Positions 54,772-63,780 of a DNA stretch of 64,000 nt are shown in pieces. The DNA comes from Solirubrobacteraceae bacterium (GTDB taxonomy: Bacteria > Actinomycetota > Thermoleophilia > Solirubrobacterales > Solirubrobacteraceae), in contig DATBKW010000373.1 of NCBI GenBank assembly GCA_036555665.1, forward strand, positions 1,898 through 65,897, written 5' to 3'. Position numbers and translations under genes: made by a program. The notes under the pieces are model-generated. The model saw only the letters and a program-made list of their open reading frames with translations, made no database searches and had not been told where the DNA came from. The first letter of the stretch is position 1. Every line of letters starts with the position of its first letter.

Positions 54772-55494
54772 TCACCCAGTGCGCCCGAGCGCCTGCAGGC
54801 CGCTGGGCAGGATCGTCAACTCGGGCACGTGGGCGCGCGGCGGCAGCGAGATCGCGAACAGACAGGCCGCCGCGACGTCGTCGGGCTGCAGCATCTGCGC
54901 GCGCTGCTCGGCGGTCGGCGGCTCGGGGCGCTGGTCGAGGATCGCCGTGTCGACCACGCCGGGCATGATCGTGGTGAAGCGCACGCCGTCCTGCTCGTCG
55001 AAGGCCGCGCCACGGGCGAGGCCCAACAGCGCGGCCTTGGTCGCCTGATAGGCCGGGCCCGAGCGGTCGGGCCAGCTGCCCGAGACGCTGCCGATCAGCA
55101 CGACGTCGCCGTGCGTCGCGCGCAGCGGCTCGAGGCACGCGCGCACGAGGTTGAAAGCGCCGGTCAGGTTCACCGCGACGAGCGCGTCGAAGGCCTCGGG
55201 CGCGAGGTCGGCCAGGCGGCGGCGGGGGATGTTCGTCCCGGCGGCGGCGACCAGCGCGTGCAGCGGGCCGTCCGCGGCCACGCGCGCCACGATCCGCTCG
55301 ACCGCCGCGCGATCGGTCACGTCGAGGCGGTGGGCGATGACGTCGCGCTCGCCGGCCGCGTCCTCGATGAGCTCCGCGCGGCGAGCGGCCGCGTGCACGC
55401 GCGCGCCGGCGTCGGCCAGGGCCAGCGCCGTCGCCAGGCCGATGCCGCTCGAGGCGCCGGCGACCAGCGCGGTGCGCCCGTCGAGCGCGCCCAC
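54772..55494 (-). CDS. Short-chain dehydrogenase/reductase
   Basis: GTG at 55494, 2 nt after the upstream stop. 'TALVAGASSGIGLA', 'GSVSG', 'YQATK'. Confidence 0.8.
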   Translation of the reverse strand: MGALDGRTALVAGASSGIGLATALALADAGARVHAAARRAELIEDAAGERDVIAHRLDVTDRAAVERIVARVAADGPLHALVAAAGTNIPRRRLADLAPEAFDALVAVNLTGAFNLVRACLEPLRATHGDVVLIGSVSGSWPDRSGPAYQATKAALLGLARGAAFDEQDGVRFTTIMPGVVDTAILDQRPEPPTAEQRAQMLQPDDVAAACLFAISLPPRAHVPELTILPSGLQALGRTG

Positions 55495-55496
55495 GG

Positions 55497-56531
55497 TCAG
55501 GTCTCGCGCCCGGCGCCGGCCAGGAACACCTTGACCTCCGCGGGCGGCGGCCCGGCGGCCAGCCGCGCGAACGCGTCCGGGCCGTCGGCCAGCGGGCGTA
55601 CGGCGGCCAACTCGCCGACCGACGCGCGCCCCTCGGCCAGCCACGACATCGCCTGCTCGAAGTCGGTCATCGTGTAGGCGTAGGAGCCCTGGATCGTCAG
55701 CTGGCCGCGGACGACGCCGTGAAAGCCGAGCGTGGTGTCGTCGGCGGCGAGGCCGATGCAGACCGCGCGGGCGCCGGGTGCCAACAGCTCGAGCGCCAGC
55801 CGCCGCGTCGCCTGCGCGCCGACCGCGTCGAGGGTCAGGTCGGCGCCGAGGCCGTCGTCGGCCGCGCGCAGCGCCGCCCGCGCCTGATCGGCACCGGGAT
55901 ACGCCTCGTGCGCGCCGAGCGCGAGCGCCCGCTCGCGGCGCTCGTCCTGGGGCTCTAGCACGGCGACGTTCTCGATGCCGGACAGCAGCGCGGCCTGCAG
56001 CGTCATGAGCCCGATCGTGCCCGCGCCAAGCACCACCGCCCGGCGCACCGGCCCGCCGGCGAGGCCCAGGCGCACCGCGTGCACGCCGTTGGCCAGCGGT
56101 TCGACCAGGGCGCCCGCGCGCGCGCTCATGCCGTCGGGCAGCGCGCGCACGTTGGCGGCCGGGGCGCGCACGAGGTCGGCGAAGGCGCCGTCGTGGTGCA
56201 CGCCGATCAGCGTCCGCTCCGGGCACAGGTTCTCCCGGCCGGCCCGGCACAGGCGGCAGCGCCCGCAGCCGACCAGCGGGTTGACGGCCACGCGCGCCCC
56301 GTCCCACTCGCGCGCGCCCTCGCCGGCCGCGACGACGGTGCCGGCGAACTCGTGGCCCATCACCAGCGGCGGCGTGCGGTTGCCCATGTGCCCGAGGTAG
56401 CCCTCGACCTCCGAGCCGCAGATCCCGACCGCGCCCGGCTGGACGATCAGCTCGCCGGCGCCGGGGTCGCGCGGCTCCGGGCGCTCCTCCAGCGTCATCC
56501 GCCCAGGGCCCTGCCAGACGATCGCGCGCAT
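55497..56531 (-). CDS. Zinc-dependent medium-chain alcohol/polyol dehydrogenase
   Basis: 344 aa. 'GICGSE', 'GHEFAGTV', structural-Zn lobe 'GCGRCRLCRAGRENLC', Rossmann 'VLGAGTIGL'. Confidence 0.8.
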   Translation of the reverse strand: MRAIVWQGPGRMTLEERPEPRDPGAGELIVQPGAVGICGSEVEGYLGHMGNRTPPLVMGHEFAGTVVAAGEGAREWDGARVAVNPLVGCGRCRLCRAGRENLCPERTLIGVHHDGAFADLVRAPAANVRALPDGMSARAGALVEPLANGVHAVRLGLAGGPVRRAVVLGAGTIGLMTLQAALLSGIENVAVLEPQDERRERALALGAHEAYPGADQARAALRAADDGLGADLTLDAVGAQATRRLALELLAPGARAVCIGLAADDTTLGFHGVVRGQLTIQGSYAYTMTDFEQAMSWLAEGRASVGELAAVRPLADGPDAFARLAAGPPPAEVKVFLAGAGRET

Positions 56532-56533
56532 GC

Positions 56534-56902
56534 TCAGTAGTTGCCGGTCAGCCGGTCCCAGAGCCGGCGCATGGTGGCCCCGAAGCCCGACGACACGGTG
56601 TCGGCGGGGTCGACCTCCATCACCGTGGGGTTCGGCGACGGTCGCGGCAGCGACTGCGCCTCGGCGCCCGAGACGGTCAGCGTCACCCCGCGCTGGTGGA
56701 TCGCCGCGACCTGGTCGGCGTCGGCGAACGCGTCATGGCCGAGGTGGTGCGCGATGACGATGCCGTCGAAGACGTCCTCCTCCTCGTCGGCCAGCACGCG
56801 GGTGACGTGCCCGACCTCGTCGCCGTCGGCGGCGAAAACGGGTGTCCCCTCGTCAAGCGCCATGTACGAGATCGGATCGCCGAGGTCGCCGTTGGGGCTC
56901 AT
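56534..56902 (-). CDS. Small acidic protein, possibly PRC-barrel/DUF2171-like
   Basis: 122 aa. 'GTPVFAADGDEVGHVTRVLADEEEDVFDGIVI'. First gene of a 3-gene string with the ADH and SDR. Confidence 0.45.
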   Translation of the reverse strand: MSPNGDLGDPISYMALDEGTPVFAADGDEVGHVTRVLADEEEDVFDGIVIAHHLGHDAFADADQVAAIHQRGVTLTVSGAEAQSLPRPSPNPTVMEVDPADTVSSGFGATMRRLWDRLTGNY

Positions 56903-56971
56903 GGCCGGAATCTAGCGAGCGCACCTGCCACCGTCGCGACCGCCGCACGGCGTGCGCTCTACAGTCGGGCC

Positions 56972-57706
56972 ATGCAAGGGCAGGCTTCGAGCCCACGCAT
57001 CTCGCGCTGGGGCGTCGTCGTCACGGTTTCGGCGGTCCTGGTCCTCGGCGGCGCAGCGGCCCTGCTGATCGCCAGCGTCACCTCCAGCCACGAGCGGATG
57101 GTCTCCTTCGCCGTGCGTGGATCGCTGAACGGCGTCGCGCTCGACGTCGGCGATGGCGACGTCGTCATCGCCGGCGGCGGCCAGCGTCCCCAGCTCGAGG
57201 TCCAGCGCACCGACCGCTACGCCTTCGGCCACGATGCCGACGTGCAGCGCACGGTCTCCGGCGGCGAGCTGAGCCTGCGCGCGCGCTGCCCGTCCACGCT
57301 CCCGCAGGGATGCTCGGTCCGCTACCGCCTCATCGTGCCCGACAACGTGCCGGTCACTGTCCGCACCTCCGGCGGGAAGGTGAGCTTCAGCCGCTACCGC
57401 GGCTCGGCGCGCGTGACGACGCGCAGCGGCGACATCGACATCGGGGCGTTCTGCGGCTTCTCGCTGGAGGCGCGCGCCGAGAGCGGCGACATCGCCGCGA
57501 GCACCGCGTGCGCGCCGCAGGAGCTGTCGCTGCGCTCGACTTCCGGATCCGTGCACGCGTCGGTGCCCGCGGGCCGCTACCGAGTCGAGGCCGAGAGCGC
57601 ATCGGGCACCCATGAGGTGCGCGGCGTGGCCGCCGTCGCCGACGCCCCCTTCTCGATCCAGGCCCTCAGCAGCTCCGGCGACGTGCTCGTGGAGGGCCGC
57701 CAGTGA
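56972..57706 (+). CDS. DUF4097-like (LiaG-like putative adhesin) membrane-anchored protein
   Basis: ATG at 56972. TM 'WGVVVTVSAVLVLGGAAALLIA'. Repeated 'GDVVI / GGKVSF / SGDIDI / SGDIAA / SGSVHA / SGDVLV' beta-helix pattern. Confidence 0.65.
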   Translation: MQGQASSPRISRWGVVVTVSAVLVLGGAAALLIASVTSSHERMVSFAVRGSLNGVALDVGDGDVVIAGGGQRPQLEVQRTDRYAFGHDADVQRTVSGGELSLRARCPSTLPQGCSVRYRLIVPDNVPVTVRTSGGKVSFSRYRGSARVTTRSGDIDIGAFCGFSLEARAESGDIAASTACAPQELSLRSTSGSVHASVPAGRYRVEAESASGTHEVRGVAAVADAPFSIQALSSSGDVLVEGRQ

Positions 57707-59229
57707 TCGCGTCCCTCGAGCTCGATCGCCGTATCGAGCGCGCCGGGCGCGCCCTGGCCTACCTGGCCATCAATGTGCCGATCGCGATCCTCGGCGCGCT
57801 GTCCGTCGTGGCGCTGGTGCTGGGGGCGGCGCTGAGCATCGCTGTCATCGGCCTTCCGCTGCTGATCGGCGCGGCGGCGGCCTGCCGCTGGCTCGTGCGC
57901 GTCGACCGCCGCGCGGCCAACCGCTTCCTCGACCTCCACATCCCGCCGATCGCGGCCGCACCGCCGCGCTCCGCCGCCGGCGGCCCGTGGCGCCGCTCGC
58001 TGGCCATCCTGTCCGACCGCGGGCTGCTGCGGATCGTCACCCTGCTGGCCACCAAGCCGTTGGTCATCGCGGTCCTCGTCGGCGTCGGGCTCGTGCCGGT
58101 CGTCCTCATGGCTGTGCTGATCCTCCTCGGCGTGCAGGGTGTCGGCAGCGTGGGCGGGGTCGACTACTTCGGGCCCTGGAGCCTCGGGGTCGGCACGGGG
58201 CTCGTGCTCCTTGCGCTCGCGCTGCCCGCGGCGGTGCTCGTCGTGGCGACCTTCGACGCCCTCCACGTCGTGCTGTCGACGATCGGCCGTTCGCTGCTCG
58301 CCCCGCGCTCGCCCGACAGCGGCCCGGTGCGCGAGATGCTGGCCGAGAGCCTGGGCGACAGCTCGGTCGCCATCGCCTATTGGCTGCCCGATCGCGAGAC
58401 GTTCGTCGACGAGGCCGGCCATCCGATCGAGCTGCCGCAGCCGGGCAGCGGGCGCGCGTGGACGGCGGTCGAGCGCGACGGCCGCCGGGTGGCCGCGATC
58501 GTCCACGACGCGGCGCTGGACACGAGCAGCGAGCTCGTGCAGGCCGCCGCCGCGGCCTCGTCGCTGGCCATCGACAACGAGCGCCTGAAGGCCGACCTGC
58601 GCGCGCGCGTGGCCGAGCTGCGCGTCTCGCGCCAGCGCATCGTCGAGGCCGCCGACGAGGCGCGCCGGCGCATCGAGCGCGACCTGCACGACGGCGCCCA
58701 GCAGCAGCTGCTCGCGGTCGCCCTCGAGCTGCGCGTCCTGCGCTCGCGCGTCAACGGCGACGACACGGTCGCGCTCGTCGACGGGCTGGCGCAGCGGCTC
58801 GACGTCGCGCTCGGCGAGCTGCGCGAGCTCGCGCGCGGGATCCACCCGGCGCTGCTGACCCAGAGCGGGCTCGGCCCCGCGATCGGGTCGCTGGTCGAGC
58901 GCTCGCCCGCTCCCGCGCAGGCCGAGGTGACCGTCGACGAGCGCCTGCCCGCGCCGATCGAATCGGCCGCCTACTTCGTCGTGGCCGAGGCGCTGACCAA
59001 CGTGGCGCGCTACGCGCAGGCCGAGCGGGCGGACGTCGAGGTCCGCCGCGACGGCGACGAGCTGCTCGTCCTCGTGGCCGACGACGGCGTCGGCGGCGTC
59101 GACGTCGGCTCGGGCAGCGGTCTGCGCGGGCTCCAGGACCGCCTGGCCGCCGTCGACGGCACGCTGCGCATCGACAGCCCGCACGATGGCGGCACCCGGC
59201 TGGAGGCACGGATCCCGTGGCCCGCGTGA
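57703..59229 (+). CDS. Membrane sensor histidine kinase, HisKA_3 (NarX/LiaS) class
   Basis: 508 aa. GTG overlaps the upstream stop. N-terminal TM 'sensor' region, H-box 'RRRIERDLHDGAQQQLL', N-box 'EALTNVARYA', 'ADDGVGG', 'GSGLRGLQDRL'. Confidence 0.8.
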   Translation: MIASLELDRRIERAGRALAYLAINVPIAILGALSVVALVLGAALSIAVIGLPLLIGAAAACRWLVRVDRRAANRFLDLHIPPIAAAPPRSAAGGPWRRSLAILSDRGLLRIVTLLATKPLVIAVLVGVGLVPVVLMAVLILLGVQGVGSVGGVDYFGPWSLGVGTGLVLLALALPAAVLVVATFDALHVVLSTIGRSLLAPRSPDSGPVREMLAESLGDSSVAIAYWLPDRETFVDEAGHPIELPQPGSGRAWTAVERDGRRVAAIVHDAALDTSSELVQAAAAASSLAIDNERLKADLRARVAELRVSRQRIVEAADEARRRIERDLHDGAQQQLLAVALELRVLRSRVNGDDTVALVDGLAQRLDVALGELRELARGIHPALLTQSGLGPAIGSLVERSPAPAQAEVTVDERLPAPIESAAYFVVAEALTNVARYAQAERADVEVRRDGDELLVLVADDGVGGVDVGSGSGLRGLQDRLAAVDGTLRIDSPHDGGTRLEARIPWPA

Positions 59230-60227
59230 TTCGGACCCTCGCGATCGCGCTGCTGGTCGTGGTGGCCGGGTGCGGCGGGACGACGACCGTGCACGAGCCC
59301 CCGCTGGTGGTCACGGGCGGCGAGCCGGCGGCCGGCGGCCCGGCGCGCCCGGGCGGCGGCGTGCGCATCGCAGTGGTCACGCACGGCCAGGCGTCGAGCC
59401 CGTTCTGGGCGATCGTGCGCAACGGCGTGGAGGCGGCGGCCCGCCAGATGGACGTCGTCGTCGACTATCGAGCCCCGGACGTGTACAGCCTGGAGCGCAT
59501 GGAGCGGCTGGTCGACCAGGCGGTGGCCCGCCGGCCCGACGGCCTCGTCGTCTCGCTTCCCGAGCGTGGCCTCGCGCCCGCGGTCCGTCGCGCGGTGCGC
59601 GCAGGCATCCCCGTCGTCTCGATCAACTCCGGCAGCGACTTCTACAAGCGGCTGGGCGTGCTCGCCCACGTCGGCCAGCCCGAAGAGCGCGCGGGGTTCG
59701 GGGCCGGCCAGCGGCTCGCGGCCTCCGGTGTGCGCCACGTGCTGTGCGTCAACCAGCAGATCGGCAATCAGGGGCTCGACGCGCGCTGCCGCGGCCTGGA
59801 GCGGGCGATGCGCGCCGCCGGCGGCGGCTCGCGGGTCTTCGGGATCGACGACCAGAGCCCGTCGGCGCCGCGGAGGATCGCCGACGCGATCCGCGCAGGT
59901 GGCATCGACGGCGTGCTCGCGCTCAACGCGACCGGCGGCATGGAGGCGGTCACGGCGGTCCAGGGCCTCGACCGGCCGGACTCCGTGAAGGTCGCCACCT
60001 TCGACCTCGGGCCCGACGTGCTGCAAGCGGTCAAGGCCGGGCAGCTGCTCTTCGCGGTCGACCAGCAGGCCTACCTACAGGGCTACCTGCCCGTGGTGCT
60101 GCTCGCCGAGCGCGCGCGCTACGGCATCTTCCCGGCGCAGGGCGACGTGATCGCGACCGGGCCCAACTTCGTGACCGCGCGCAACGCGAGCAAGGCGATC
60201 GAGCTCAGCCGCCGCTCGATCCGCTGA
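59226..60227 (+). CDS. Periplasmic sugar-binding-type (Peripla_BP) lipoprotein
   Basis: GTG at 59226 overlaps the kinase stop (GTGA). Lipobox 'LLVVVAGCGG'. 'RIAVVTHGQASSPFWAIVRNG...VVSINSG...FDLGPDVLQAVKAGQLLFAVDQQ'. Confidence 0.75.
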   Translation: MIRTLAIALLVVVAGCGGTTTVHEPPLVVTGGEPAAGGPARPGGGVRIAVVTHGQASSPFWAIVRNGVEAAARQMDVVVDYRAPDVYSLERMERLVDQAVARRPDGLVVSLPERGLAPAVRRAVRAGIPVVSINSGSDFYKRLGVLAHVGQPEERAGFGAGQRLAASGVRHVLCVNQQIGNQGLDARCRGLERAMRAAGGGSRVFGIDDQSPSAPRRIADAIRAGGIDGVLALNATGGMEAVTAVQGLDRPDSVKVATFDLGPDVLQAVKAGQLLFAVDQQAYLQGYLPVVLLAERARYGIFPAQGDVIATGPNFVTARNASKAIELSRRSIR

Positions 60228-60867
60228 CCGGCGTGAGGATCCAGACGGTGAGCCGCTCCTGCGCGTAGCCGGTCTCGGCGAACGAGCGCACGACGTAGGG
60301 GCGGCCGGCGACGACGGTCGTGCCGGAGGCCGGGAGCGCCGCCGGCGGGTCGGCGAACGAGCTCTCGACATGCCCGGCATCGCCGCGCACCACGATCTGG
60401 GCTCCGGTCAGCCGGCGCACCAGCTTGACGTAGCCGGTGACGTCCTGCATCGAGGCCTCCAGGACGCCGAGGTCGCGGCCGTTTCGGGTCCGCAGCTCGA
60501 GCTGCGCGGGCGCCACCACGAACGCGCCGCCGACGTTGGTCAGCGTCCGTCCCTCGCGCACGACGCTCAGGCGGACGACGTGCTTGCCGGGATCGAAGAG
60601 CTGGCGCAGCGCGGCGGCGCGCAGCGCGGTCCGGTTGCCTGTGCCCAACGCGGCCAGGAGCGCGCGGTCACGCGCGATGCGCTTGACCGCCGCGTGACCC
60701 ACCTCGCCGCGGACCTCTTGTCGGTAGATCCGCTTGGCCACCCCCGCGAGTGTGTCGGCGCGCACCTGGCCGGTGAGATCGGGGCCGCCGCGGGCGGCCT
60801 GATTGGCGCCGCAGCTCGCGACGAGCGTGGAACCGGCGACGGCCATCACGAGCGGAATGCGCAGCAC
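60205..60867 (-). CDS. Lipoprotein of unknown function
   Basis: GTG at 60867 (alternative ATG at 60846). 'VLRIPLVMAVAGSTLVASCG' is a signal peptide plus lipobox. The rest has an alpha/beta sensor-like pattern with no firm motif. Confidence 0.5.
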   Translation of the reverse strand: MLRIPLVMAVAGSTLVASCGANQAARGGPDLTGQVRADTLAGVAKRIYRQEVRGEVGHAAVKRIARDRALLAALGTGNRTALRAAALRQLFDPGKHVVRLSVVREGRTLTNVGGAFVVAPAQLELRTRNGRDLGVLEASMQDVTGYVKLVRRLTGAQIVVRGDAGHVESSFADPPAALPASGTTVVAGRPYVVRSFAETGYAQERLTVWILTPVSGSSGG

Positions 60868-60923
60868 GGCGGCACGATCCGCGCGCGTGCCTAACGGCGC
60901 ATTCGGCGTGCGTTGGGACTGTG

Positions 60924-62426
60924 TTACGCGCCCTCGCGCAGCTTGCGCCGCAGGATCTTGCCCGAGGGCGACTTCGGGATCTCGTCGACCACCTCGAGCG
61001 CGCGCAGCTTCTTGTAGGGCGCGACGCGCTCGGCGACGTAGGCCCGGATCTCCTCCGGCGTCGCGTCGCCGTCGAGCGCGACGAAGGCCACCGGCACCTC
61101 CCCGGCCTCCTCGTCCGGACGCCCGATCACGGCGGCCTCGGCGACGGCCGGATGCTCGACCAGCAGCGCCTCGAGCTCGGCTGGCGCCACCTGATAGCCC
61201 TTGTACTTGATGAGCTCCTTGACGCGATCGACGAGCACGACGTAGCCGTCGTCGTCGGCGCGGCCGACGTCGCCGGTGTGCAGCCACCCCTCGGCGTCGA
61301 CGGTGGCAGCGGTGGCGTCGGGATCGTCGAGATAGCCGCGCATGACCTGCGGTCCGCGCACGCACACCTCGCCCTCCTCGCCGGGCTCGAGCTCCCTGCC
61401 GCCGGGAAGCTCGCCGATCTTGCACTCGGTGTTGGGAACCGGCGGCCCGATCGTGCCGGGGCGGTGGCGGGCCGGGTCGGCCGGCGTGACGTGGGTCACG
61501 GGGCTGGACTCGGTCATCCCGTAGCCCTGCACGACCGGGCAGCCCACGCGCGCCGCCGCGGCCTCGGCGAGCTCGGCGCTCAGCGGCGCGGCGCCCGAGT
61601 TGACGAGCTGCAGACTCGACAGGTCGTAGCGCTCGACCAGCGGGCTCTTGGCCAGGGCCAGGACGATCGGCGGCACGAGGTGGGCCTTCGTCGCGCGGTG
61701 CTCCTGCACGAGCTTCAGGTAGCCCTCGAGGTCGAAGCGCGGCATCGTCACGACGGTGGCGCCGTTGCGCAGGACGGCGTTCATCACCACGTTGAGCCCG
61801 TAGATGTGGAAGAAGGGCAGGACGCCGACGAGCGTGTCGTCCTCGGTCACCGCCTGCTGGGCGTTGGACTGCAGGACGTTGGCGACAAGGTTGCGGTGGC
61901 TGAGCATCACGCCCTTGGGCAGCCCGGTGGTGCCGCTGGAATAGGGCAGGGCGACGAGGTCGTCGGGGTCGATGCCGGGCGCGGGCACGGGGCCCGGCTC
62001 GCCGTAGTCGCCGATCTCGTAGAGCTCGTCCACGGCGCCGCGCGCCCGATCGAGCATCTCCGGTGCGCCGATCAGCGCGCGGGCGCCGGAGTGCTCGAGC
62101 TGGAAGGCGATCTCGTCGGTCGTGTAGGTCGGGTTGAGCGTCGTGACCACCGCGCCGAGCGCCGCCACGGCGTGAAAGGCGATCGCGTACTCGGGCGAGT
62201 TGGGCGCGCACAGCGCGACGACGTCGCCCTTGCCCACGCCGCGGGCGGCGAGCGCGCCGGCGGCGGCGCGGATGGCGTCGGCGGTCTCGGCGTGGCTATA
62301 GGCGCGCCCGCTCGGCCCGTCGATCAGCGCGGGCTTGTCGCCGTAGCGCTCGGAGTGCTCGAGTACGAAGTCGGTCAGCGCGACCGCGGGTATGTCGATA
62401 TCGGGGTACGGGCTGGTGAAGATCAT
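60924..62426 (-). CDS. AMP-dependent acyl-CoA ligase (4-coumarate/long-chain fatty-acid CoA ligase family)
   Basis: 500 aa. 'LPYSSGTTGLPKGV', 'GYGMTES', 'HTGDVGRADDDGYVVLVDRVKELIKYKG', C-terminal 'PKSPSGKILRR'. Confidence 0.85.
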   Translation of the reverse strand: MIFTSPYPDIDIPAVALTDFVLEHSERYGDKPALIDGPSGRAYSHAETADAIRAAAGALAARGVGKGDVVALCAPNSPEYAIAFHAVAALGAVVTTLNPTYTTDEIAFQLEHSGARALIGAPEMLDRARGAVDELYEIGDYGEPGPVPAPGIDPDDLVALPYSSGTTGLPKGVMLSHRNLVANVLQSNAQQAVTEDDTLVGVLPFFHIYGLNVVMNAVLRNGATVVTMPRFDLEGYLKLVQEHRATKAHLVPPIVLALAKSPLVERYDLSSLQLVNSGAAPLSAELAEAAAARVGCPVVQGYGMTESSPVTHVTPADPARHRPGTIGPPVPNTECKIGELPGGRELEPGEEGEVCVRGPQVMRGYLDDPDATAATVDAEGWLHTGDVGRADDDGYVVLVDRVKELIKYKGYQVAPAELEALLVEHPAVAEAAVIGRPDEEAGEVPVAFVALDGDATPEEIRAYVAERVAPYKKLRALEVVDEIPKSPSGKILRRKLREGA

Positions 62427-62447
62427 GTGGAAGGCTCCCTACCCGTC

Positions 62448-63617
62448 ATGGCCACCGATTTCTATCTGCTCGACGAGCGCCTGACCGACGAGGAGCGCGC
62501 GATCCGCGACCGCCTGCGCGCGTTCTGCGACCGCGAGGTCACGCCGATCATCAACAGCTACTGGGAGCGAGCCGAGTTCCCGTTCGAGCTCGTGCCGAAG
62601 ATGGCCGAGCTGGGGCTCGCCGGCGGCGTCATCGAGGGCTACGGCTGCCCGGGGATGAGCGCCACCGCGGCGGGGATCGTGAGCATGGAGTGGGCGCGGG
62701 CCGACGGCAGCATCGGCACCTTCTTCGGCGTGCACTCCAACCTCGCCATGCAGACGATCCACCTGCTCGGCTCCGAGGAGCAGCGCGAGCGCTGGCTGCC
62801 GCCGATGGCCGCGCTGGAGGCGATCGGCGCCTTCGGCCTCACCGAGCCCGACCATGGCTCGGACGCGGTCGCGCTGGAGACCAGCGCGCGGCGCGACGGC
62901 AACCAGTTCGTCCTCGACGGGGCCAAGAAATGGATTGGCAACGCCTCGTTCGCCGACGTGACGATCATCTGGGCCCGCGGCGAGGACGGCAAGGTCGGCG
63001 GCTACCTCGTGGAGAAGGGCGCGCCGGGCTTCCACACGGAGGTCATCACCGGCAAGACCTCGCTGCGCGCGGTCTGGCAGGCCGAGATCACGCTCGACGG
63101 CGTGCGCGTGCCGGCGGAGAGCAGGCTGCCCGGGTGCGGCAGCTTCCGCGACGTCGCCCGGGTGCTGACCCTCACGCGCTACACGGTGGCCTGGCGCGCG
63201 CTCGGCGTCGCGCTCGCGGCCTATGAGGCGGCGCTCGGCTACGCCAAGGAGCGCCGCCAGTTCGGCCGCCCGCTGGCCTCGTTCCAGCTCGTGCAGGACA
63301 AGCTGAGCCGGATGCTCGGCGAGATCACGGCCATGCAGCTGCTGTGCCTGCGCCTCAGCGAGCTGGCCGGCGACGGCCGCCTCACCGCGGGCATGGCCTC
63401 GCTGGCCAAGATGAACCACGCCGCCAAGGCGCGCCAGATCGTCGCCGACGCGCGCGACATCCTCGGCGGCAACGGCATCCTGCTCGCCCACCACGTCGCC
63501 CGCCACCACGCCGACATGGAAGCGGTCTTCACGTTCGAGGGCACCGACAGCATCCAGTCGCTCATCGTCGGGCGCGAGATCACCGGCGAGCAGGCGATCG
63601 CCCCGTCGCGGAGCTAG
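62448..63617 (+). CDS. Acyl-CoA dehydrogenase (glutaryl-CoA dehydrogenase-like)
   Basis: ATG at 62448 in track ORF 60921..63617. 'GAFGLTEPDHGSD', 'KKWIGNAS', 'YAKERRQFGRPLASFQL', 'FEGTDSIQSLIVGR'. Confidence 0.85.
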   Translation: MATDFYLLDERLTDEERAIRDRLRAFCDREVTPIINSYWERAEFPFELVPKMAELGLAGGVIEGYGCPGMSATAAGIVSMEWARADGSIGTFFGVHSNLAMQTIHLLGSEEQRERWLPPMAALEAIGAFGLTEPDHGSDAVALETSARRDGNQFVLDGAKKWIGNASFADVTIIWARGEDGKVGGYLVEKGAPGFHTEVITGKTSLRAVWQAEITLDGVRVPAESRLPGCGSFRDVARVLTLTRYTVAWRALGVALAAYEAALGYAKERRQFGRPLASFQLVQDKLSRMLGEITAMQLLCLRLSELAGDGRLTAGMASLAKMNHAAKARQIVADARDILGGNGILLAHHVARHHADMEAVFTFEGTDSIQSLIVGREITGEQAIAPSRS

Positions 63618-63780
63618 TGGGCCTTCTCGCAACGTTTCACCGGAAACCCCGGGCGCCGATCACCGCCAGGCGGCGTCCTCGACCCTCGAAATGCCTCGGC
63701 ATTCCTTCGGGTCTGCGTCCTTGCCGGATCGGCGCCGCCGGCCGCCGTTACCGGTCAAACGTTACGAGAAGACCCACTAG
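63614..63780. mobile_element. MITE-like / long-hairpin element: 159-bp core with about 26-bp imperfect terminal inverted repeats, flanked by CTAG on both sides
   Basis: Left arm ctagTGGGCCTTCTCGCAACGTTTCACCGG (63614-63643). The reverse complement of the right arm (63751-63780) is ctagTGGGTCTTCTCGTAACGTTTGACCGG, a 27/30 match. Inner pair GGCGCCGATC / GATCGGCGCC. Confidence 0.4.
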
